59,633 nucleotides of DNA from Octopus bimaculoides (taxonomy: Eukaryota). Position numbers and translations under genes: made by a program. Positions within the stretch are counted from its first letter, which is position 1, and each line of letters opens with the position of its first letter. The notes beneath the pieces are model-generated. The model searched no databases. It was not told where the DNA came from and saw only the letters and a list, made by a program, of their open reading frames with translations. Positions 51,736-59,633 of this stretch are shown here, in pieces. The stretch covers positions 5,740,169 through 5,799,801 of the forward strand of contig NC_068986.1 in assembly GCF_001194135.2 (NCBI RefSeq), given 5' to 3'.

Positions 51736-51776
51736 ATGTGATTTTAAGTTTTGAGGTAATCCTTTTTATTAAGTTT

Positions 51777-51812
<36 letters not shown>

Positions 51813-52493
51813 GAAGCACTGCTTAAATTATAGATTGCAATATTTATGGAGATGTTTCATAAACTCTTCTAAAAAAATCTACTAATCAGCATTGAACTGG
51901 TGACTTATTTTGGCAATTGTCTTAAAAATAGGCTAAAGAGGGTGACATGGCTTGCTAGAAATAACAGCCAAATATCTCACAAACTACACCTTGGTGTCTT
52001 AAAAACAGGAAGGACGTTAAATAATGTCATTTTAGACATCCCTAAAAGATAGGATAGTTGTAACTTGAATGCTATTGATACTAATTCTGCTTAATTATGG
52101 CTAACCTAGGGCTAAAGACAACTACTGTCTTTAGAAAGGACACATTTGGCAATGATGTCCAAAGTACACTATGTCTAATAAAAAAGTCAAACTAATCATG
52201 GCTGGAATGCCTCTAATCATAAGCCTGCTTTCTGCTTACTCATATTCATTTTAGAACTGGACAACAATGATTTGAAGGAGCTAGAAATAACAATCAAATC
52301 TCCCTTAAATACTGTTCCAGGACTTAGATAATGCAGTTCTAAATACTCCAAAGGCTGGATGGATCACACATCTGCTTGAACAGGATTGCGTTTGGAGTAA
52401 ATGATAAACACAAATAGTTTCCCTTTCATATGAAAAATGCAGACTGTAAAAAGCGTTTTTGTTAATGAAACATTGAGTTGAGAGAACTCTTTT

Positions 52494-52990
52494 AATCTTA
52501 CAGGGGACATGACAACCTTACTAGTGCTGGTGCCATGATAAAATGTACTTCTGTAAAGTGGTTGGTGAATAAGTGGCGACAACATAGGGTTGAGACAATG
52601 GTTTAGTCTTGTCTCATTGAGAACATGACAACCTCACCAGTGCTGGTGCCCTGATGTACCCAATATGTTCTGTAAAGTGATTGATAAATAAATGGAGACA
52701 ATGTAAGATTGAGAGGATCTTTAGTCTTATCAAGGACATGACTCACTAGTGGTGGTANNNNNNNNNNAGACATGACTCACTAGTGGTGGTACCATGGAAA
52801 AAAAAAAAAAAAGGCACACAGTGTACTGTAAAGTAGTTGGCATAGACTATTCACTGATAGAAGCTAAGCCAAAAAATGAAATATATGAGTGTGATGTGGT
52901 CTTTTGACCTGTTTATGAGGGCAGTAACTCCAAATAGAACTGACTCAGACCACAAACAACGTCCAACCCATGCCAGCCTTGAAAGAGAAT
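52494..52990 (+). repeat. Three tandem ~120-bp units of a SINE-like internal segment, the last continuing to a (GAT)n tail
   Basis: (G/A)ACATGAC...CTAGTGCTGGTGCC...CTGTAAAGTG recurs at about 52507, 52622 and 52735. Confidence 0.6.
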
Positions 52991-53332
52991 GTAAAGTGAT
53001 GATGATGATGTGTGTTAAATGAAAGAGACCAAGATTGGCTTTGGAAGGAAAAATTGAGTATGACTATTTGGGTGTGTAATATTCATCAGAGAAGGAAACA
53101 ATGAACACAAGCATAGAAAAGCAGTGGGAACAAGCATAAAAGAGTAGTGAGTACAAGCATGGAGAAAGCAGAGTAAGTACATTAGACTGCACAGAAGACA
53201 AGATGTAGAATTTAATATGACAAAGGGACAATGTACTGAATATCTGGACAGTCCATGTTATTATGGCAATTCATGAATGTTAAAACAATGATGATGACAG
53301 TAACAACATTGACAACAACAACTACAACTTAC

Positions 53333-53416
53333 CTCTAATTTTGTTTTCTGTAGCTTGGTAGTGGACTTGAACACCATTTGGATGGATTTGTTTGATATTG
53401 TCTGAAGGTCTGTTAC
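53333..53416 (-). CDS. LRP11: LRP11-like internal exon (84 nt, phase 1-1)
   Basis: Acceptor TTTAAAAATAG, donor GTAAGT. Open in the frame required by the last exon: (S)NRPSDNIKQIHPNGVQVHYQATENKIR(G). Confidence 0.65.
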
Positions 53417-54829
53417 CTATTTTTAAACACAAGACTTCGTAAGTTCCATCAAACTTTTATTTGAAGTCTATTTCTGTTTTATACTCTAGTCAAACCAAAC
53501 TAATCCACAGAATGAATAAATAATAAGATACTAGCACTATAGTAATTATTAGGTATTTCTCTATGTCAGAAATCTCTTTTAACATATTTTTGTGAGAATT
53601 AATTCTTCAAAGATTAAATAATTCTGTAATTCAGGTATCTACAATGCTGTTTTAGAACTGGTACATCAGAGTGATGTTTACTTAAACTGAGTGAGTATAA
53701 TACCTTTTTTTTCCTAAATGTTATATCAAGGATTGAAATCATTGCTTTTAGATATATAACCTAGCCTTTCTAACTACTAAAGTAATGTAAAGAGCTGCCT
53801 GTAATAAGTTGAATTATTTTTGGTCACAGGAGATATTTTTTGTGCTAATTAGTAGGTAATGGCTATCTCAGAAAAAGTATCAAAGTTATGAATTGGTTCT
53901 CTGTAGAAATCTTTAAATATATTATTTACTCTCACATTTTTCTTTTTTTATCAGGATTAATTTCCCTGCATCTACTAACTAGTGAAATTGTGTGACCTAA
54001 TAGTTATGATTTTGGACTATAGATCATTAAGTCATGGGTTCAATTCTCAAACTGGATGGTACTTTATGCCCTTGAGGATGACATTTCATTTTATATTATT
54101 ATAGTACATTAAGTTGGAAATGAGTACCAGAGACATTTTGGGGTTAACCCTGTGGTGGACTGGCATCCCGTTCAGGAGTGTGCAGTCTTCATTCAACCTA
54201 AATGCCTTAAAGACCCAGATAAATTCCAACTGTACAAGCATGAATGCTCAAAGTAGACCTTTAATCTAACTAAATAATGTCATTGTACTTCAATCCAAAT
54301 CAATTGTCTCTGGATTATATCTTGACTATAATTCCTTTAAAAGACTTTTCCCATTTTTTTTAAAAAAGAAAAAAGGAACCCATGATGCTGCAACATCTAA
54401 TTGTTTTTTCCTTCATAAAAGTTCCAAGGCCCTGTGACTATGTAATAAATCAATACCATTGGTATAATTAATTTATAAATGTTAAATTAAATTATGGATA
54501 AGACTGTATTTAGTGACAGCCTTTTTTTTAAAAGGCAACATCTTAATTCACTTGTATATCATAAGTTATTTTAGTTTCATACATTCTCCAAATTTTTCCA
54601 TGGTGTTGCTTCAGTAAAACATGCATACATCCAAAGCAAATGACATAATTTAAAAAAAGTAAAACAGTCAACTTTTCTTTCAATAGACACTCCTATATTA
54701 ATATTAACAGAAGTTTCAAGCATTAGAATTAATAATTAGCAAATCTTACACATATTCAGAACTTGCATCTTATATCCTATTCGTAACTTGAATCATTTGA
54801 GGAATTGTCACTCAAGAATTTCCACCTAA

Positions 54830-55270
54830 AGAATTCTTATCAAAGCCTATTCTAATCAAAGAATTGTTACCCAAACCTGCTCTACCCAAAGAATCTTCAT
54901 CCCAGCCTACTCTATCTGAAGAATCATTAATCCCAGTTTGCTCTACCTGGAACATTATCACCCAAATGTGCTCTACCTGAAAGACTCGTCATTCCAGCCT
55001 GTTCTGTCTGAAGAGTAGACATCTCAGCTTGCTGAGAATAATCAGCTTTAGAGTACTCCATTTGAAGAATCTTAACTCTAAGCTGAAGAATTTTCACCCT
55101 AGCCTGCTCCACCTGAAAAACTGTCTCCCCAACCTGCCCTTCATGAAGAATTTTCATCCCTGTCTATTCCACTTCAAGAATAGTCATTCCAGCTTGCTCC
55201 ACCTAAAAAATTGTTAGCCCAGCCTGCTCTACTCAAAGAATTGTTACCCACTTTTCTATCTGAAGAATCA
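54830..55270 (+). repeat. Degenerate ~30-bp minisatellite
   Basis: About 13 units resembling AAGAATTGTTACCCAGCCTGCTCTACCTG. Similar units recur at about 56785-56870. Confidence 0.75.
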
Positions 55271-55442
55271 AACCCAATCCATAGTGAATATAATTTGTAC
55301 CATAAGGATAATGCAAATCTATTCTTTTAAGTTATGTATCTTTACTGCGAATGTTTAAAGAAAAGAATAAAAATAATGATCAGTGTCTTCTAAAATTAAG
55401 GTGAAACAACAATAATTATGATATTACAAAACAGTATCTATA

Positions 55443-56329
55443 TACATGGTCTGATCAATAAGTATCCGGACTGTTGTCACAGTAATGAAGCTAAAGCACG
55501 CAGAGTGAAGCCACTTGGAACAGATTGACCTTAAACTCTGCTGTGCAGGCACACAAAGTTTTAATGATCTAGCTCATTTCCGCTGTTTACAGCAGTGCTT
55601 GGAAGGAACATGTGTTGCATGTGATCATCGCATTGACCATGACAGAGAAAGTAGAGCAGAGAATCTACATCAAATTTTGCCAAAAGCTTGGCGATACCTG
55701 CTCAGAAGCCAATGCAAAGTTTTCAAAGAGTTGTCATTGTTCTCAACACAATCAAAGAGATTGTGTGCAACTGAAACCTGAATGTCTTTTTAGTCAGCTG
55801 AAAGCAGTTTTGGCACAAACTTGGCAGATACATGTCTCATACCCAAATCTTCTGTGATAATGGACTGAACTGAATTATAAATAATCTGCACATCCTCTGA
55901 TAACTCACAAATGGTGATTTGACAATTTCCCCTCACAGCTGCAATGTTTTCCTCATTTCTGCTAGTTGCAGGTCTTTCAGAACGTTTCTCAATATCAACA
56001 TTTTTTCAACCATCTTAGAAACCTCTGAACCATTTGTACACTTGTGTGTGGCTCAAACACTCCTCGTCATACACTTTCTGCAACTTTATGTAGGCCTCTG
56101 AGCAGGTATTGCCATGACAACTTTCTCTCTCGTGGTCAATGCAACGATCACACGCTACACACCTTCCTTCCAAGCACTGCTGTAAACAGTAGAAGTGAGC
56201 TAGAATGTTAAAACTTAGTGTGCATGCACAGCAGAATTCAAGGTCAATCTTTGCCAAGTGGATTCACTCTGCATGCTTTAGCTTTGTTACTATGGCAACT
56301 GTCTGGATACTTATTAATCAGACCTCGCA
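55443..56329. mobile_element. Non-autonomous 5'/5' palindromic mariner, copy 2
   Basis: Same TIRs, arm layout and internal junction as 28542-29407. MTEKVEQRIYIKFCQKLGDTCSEA on the plus strand and CSEAYIKLQKVYDEECLSHTQVYKWF on the minus strand. Confidence 0.88.
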
Positions 56330-56967
56330 TTATGTGTTTTCTCATGGCTGTTTAACCCTAGGTCAGCTCTGATCAAGCAGATCTATGATCAAAGGCATTC
56401 TAGCTATGACCATCTCCTTTTTCTCTTTATCTAGGACTACGCGTCAAGAAATCCTTATGGTGTGAATTAAGGGAGATTTGTCTGTTGTTTCTAGCAGAGT
56501 GGCATAAAGATTTCTTTGAATAGTGGTAGTGGTGGTTGTAGTAGTTGTACCAGGGATAGTAATCCTGGTATTATTGTTGATGGTATTGGTAGTTGTGCCA
56601 ATGTTGGTGATGCTGGAGGTAGTGGTGATAGTGGTCTTGGCATTAGTGATGATGTTGTTAGTGGTGGTGATGGTATTAGTAGCAGCGCTGTTGTTAGTAG
56701 TGGCAATGTTGTTAGTAGCATTGGTGCTGTTGGTGAAATGTGTCAATGTTCTCACCCCACTTGCAAAATTAATCACTATAGATACTGTTATCTGAAGTAT
56801 CACTACCCCAGAATATCCCAGGTGAAAAATTGTTATCCCAGTCAGCCCCAGCTGAAGAATCATGACTGTCGTAAAGCTATGCAGGTGACAATTTTTCAGG
56901 TGACAATTTTTCAGGTGATCTCATAACTCAAATATCATTTAGCATTTTGTTTTAAATTTTTACTTAC

Positions 56968-57009
56968 TATTTCCAAGATTGTGCAGATCCTGGTTTACTC
57001 TTCCATTAT
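56968..57009 (-). CDS. LRP11: LRP11-like internal exon (42 nt, phase 1-1)
   Basis: Acceptor TATTTTTCAG, donor GTAAGT. Open as (x)NGRVNQDLHNLGN(S) and splices in frame to 53416. Confidence 0.62.
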
Positions 57010-57984
57010 CTGAAAAATACAAACATTTGTTTGAAATTTTCCTCTAACATACACATACACCAATTCAAGATTATAAAAAAATGGACAGCTCATGAAAGGA
57101 TAACAAACAGACAAATAAACATTTACAGTATAAAACCTGTAAATACTTTGGTGTAATATATAAATATTTAACCTTGAAGAAGGATTAAGGTGTGCATAAA
57201 AAGATACACCATAATATGGTACTAGTAGATATTATTAAAATGTATAGTACATTTCAGAGAAATTCCAGCTTTAAAAGTTATATAATAAAATCATAATTAT
57301 ATGTTTAAAAAATGTACTATTTGTCATTTTAATTGATGCAAGATGTCTTTTTTTTTCTTATATTGAATAGAAATTTTAATTTTAAAAATGAATCTATTTG
57401 AAGTTTGATGAGATTTAATTAGGTTTTCTTGATTTTTGATGAAGTAAAAAGTAACTTGAAACAATTTCCCAAATTTTGAAGGCAAAAAACAAAACAGCTC
57501 AGTAAACGGTATCATTAATTAATTAATAAGACTTTTATTAAACGTTCAAAATGTTGCTTTTCAATAAATTGGTATTTCAAAAATTAGTAAACAGAAAATT
57601 CTGATAGATGGGGGAAAAACACAATAAAAATGTCAAATTGTTAAAACAAAAACAAAAAAGAAATAAAAAGAAAATAAGAAAAGAAAAAAAGAAAAATCAA
57701 ATCTATGTTCCATTGTGTCATATTATAACAGATTTATGGTAAAGGGTGAAAACAATGAAGTTAATACAATTAAAAACAGTAATATCTTATATGTGTGTTT
57801 AAGTAAGGGGTTACTTTTGAGGCAGTATTAGAAGACCCTACCCACCATAGGAATTAATAGAATTAAACTGATAATAATGTAGAGATAGGGAGGGGGAATT
57901 CTTCAAGAAATAAGAAGAAACCTCATTGAGATATATCTTTTCATGAACAATACTTTTTCATCATGCCATTGTTGTTTTTTTTAG

Positions 57985-58720
57985 ACTTCATCACAAATCA
58001 ACCCCTCCCCTCAAAATTGCTGGCCTTGTGTCTAAGTTGTTATTAGTGAAGAGCTGGCAGAATCAATAGCATGCTAGGCAAAATGTTCCATGACATTTCT
58101 TCTGGCTTTACATTCTGAGTTTAAATTTTGCTGCGATCAACATTGCCTGTTATCCTTCTGGGGGGTGGTCGATAAAACAAACTGCAGTTCAACATTGGGG
58201 TTGGTGTAGTCAGCTATCCCCCACCTACAAAGTTTCAGGCCTTGTGCCAATAATTGGAAGGATTATTATCATCATTATTAGTAAGGATAAGACAATGAGC
58301 AGGCAGAATTGTTAGCACACCAGACAAAATGCTGGGCAGTATTTCATGTCTTTACATTCTGAGTTCAAATTCCATCGAGGTTGAGCTTATCTTTCATTCT
58401 TCTGGAATCAATGAAATAAGTACCAGTAGAGTACTGTGGTTGATGTAATCACCCCTAACCCTAACCCTTAGCCCCCTCCCCACAAATTTCAGACCTTGTG
58501 TCTACAGTAGAAAAGATTATTACTATTAAGATAGTGAAGTAACAGGAAAGTATCAGATTAAATGTCTAATGGTATCCAAGTCTGGTTCTTGGCACACTGA
58601 GTTCAAATTCTGCTGGTGTTGATTAAAATAAAAAGTCACACACTGAGAGTGATTTAATTGACTACGTCTTTTCTCTATAAATCCATGAGTTTTTCCCCCC
58701 TAATATAAGAAATCACTATT
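57985..58720 (+). mobile_element. Head-to-tail tandem array of old tRNA-derived SINE units
   Basis: GCTGGCAGAAT...CATTCTGAGTT(T/C)AAATT...GGCCTTGTG recurs with a ~250-bp period (heads near 58052, 58300 and 58530). Confidence 0.65.
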
Positions 58721-59153
58721 ATTAAATATGCACTTAAAAAACAAGTAATAAAATAAATCAAAATGCAAACAAAAATATAGGTTTTTCAGCCCAATGTTGT
58801 GCTTAACAGAACTAAAAATGTAATATTATATATATATATATAGATGTATGCATGCACAAGTTAAAATCTGTCTTGAGACTGTAGGCCCACTAGGCTGGAG
58901 ACTATCTTGGTTTCCATCACATGTAAGTGACTGAGAATACAAGAATTCCCTCTGAATGCTACTGGCACACATTTTCAGCTAAGTAGACTGAAGCAATGTG
59001 AAATGAAGAGCCCTACTTAAGAAGACAATGTACTAACTGGTTTGGGTTGGATTCAAACCCACAACCTAAAGATTGTGAGACTAGCATCATAACCACTAGG
59101 TCATGCACTTTCACTTATATATGTATGTATATATAATTATTTTTAATTATTTT

Positions 59154-59410
59154 TTTAATAAGGTCAAAACAATGCAAGTTATAAAAGATAATACAGATTG
59201 ATAGTCTGTACTTTTATCTCATATTTCAATATTTCAGGGTTATGAATCCTTTCTTCAGGAAATGGTGTTTTGAGTTAACTTCTCTGTTGTGTAGTGTGTT
59301 CTCTGAAGATTTCCTGAAGAAGGGGTCCCAACTCCAAAATATTGAAATATAAGGTAAAAGTACAAACCATCGATCTGTATATATAACTTGCATTGCTTTG
59401 GCTTTATAAA
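59154..59410. ncRNA. Palindrome with ~105-bp arms carrying an inverted pair of minimal hammerhead motifs
   Basis: Plus strand 59309-59348: ATTTC-CTGAAGA-A-GGGG(TCCCAA)CTCC-AAAA-T-ATT-GAAAT. Minus strand 59263 to 59223: ATTTC-CTGAAGA-A-AGG(ATTCATAAC)CCT-GAAA-T-ATT-GAAAT. The loop is 45 nt. Confidence 0.72.
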
Positions 59411-59602
59411 CGAAAGTAATTAAAAACATATATAAATATCAGACAATGCGTCATGCAAACTCTACTACTCAAAAGACATACAGCTTTTATATGTTTCAGT
59501 CATTAGACTGCAGCTGTGGTGGGGCACCATCTTGAGGAATTTTAGTCAAATGAATTGCCCCTAGTATTTATTTTTTAAGCCTGGTACTTATTTTATCAGT
59601 CT

Positions 59603-59633
<31 letters not shown>

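Noticed and set aside
52735-52792. Exact duplication GACATGACTCACTAGTGGTGGTA around a short gap
   Set aside because: Assembly overlap artefact.
54830-55270. Regularly spaced ~30-bp repeats as a possible CRISPR array
   Set aside because: The units are contiguous and degenerate with no unique spacers, there are no cas genes, and the context is eukaryotic.
56444-56863. 139-aa Thr/Asn-rich minus-strand ORF, a possible mucin-like exon of the LRP11-like gene
   Set aside because: It is a degenerate ACC/ACT/AAC trinucleotide repeat that runs into a SINE-like segment, and I found no convincing splice sites.
58453-58470. CCCTAACCCTAACCCTTA telomere-like repeat
   Set aside because: Only three units, inside a SINE variable region; too short to call an interstitial telomere.

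Overview
AT-rich, repeat-dense animal genomic DNA with assembly gaps. The SINE/RTE-tail families and dense (TA)n/(CA)n tracts suggest a coleoid cephalopod (Octopus-like); this is inferred, not proven. The one confidently recognisable gene is the 3' part of an LRP11-like single-pass membrane protein on the minus strand (exons 56968-57009, 53333-53416, 48760-49304, ending ...NEADYLINGMYL*), followed by a long repeat-poor putative 3'UTR. A weakly supported plus-strand gene may end at 36338-36356 in -AYDEL* (KDEL-like). The rest is mostly transposon debris: RTE, Penelope-like (PLE) and R4/Dong retrotransposon fragments, mariner fragments, two copies of a 5'/5' palindromic non-autonomous mariner, Mutator- and hAT-like MITEs, tRNA-derived SINEs and several long fold-backs. 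The most unusual signal is a set of hammerhead-ribozyme (HHR)-like motifs: one attached to a PLE reverse transcriptase (7352-7393) and two separate non-coding palindromes (44021-44173, 59154-59410), each carrying an inverted, outward-facing pair of HHR-like cores. No CRISPR arrays, rRNA or intact tRNA genes were seen. All alignments and folds were done by eye.
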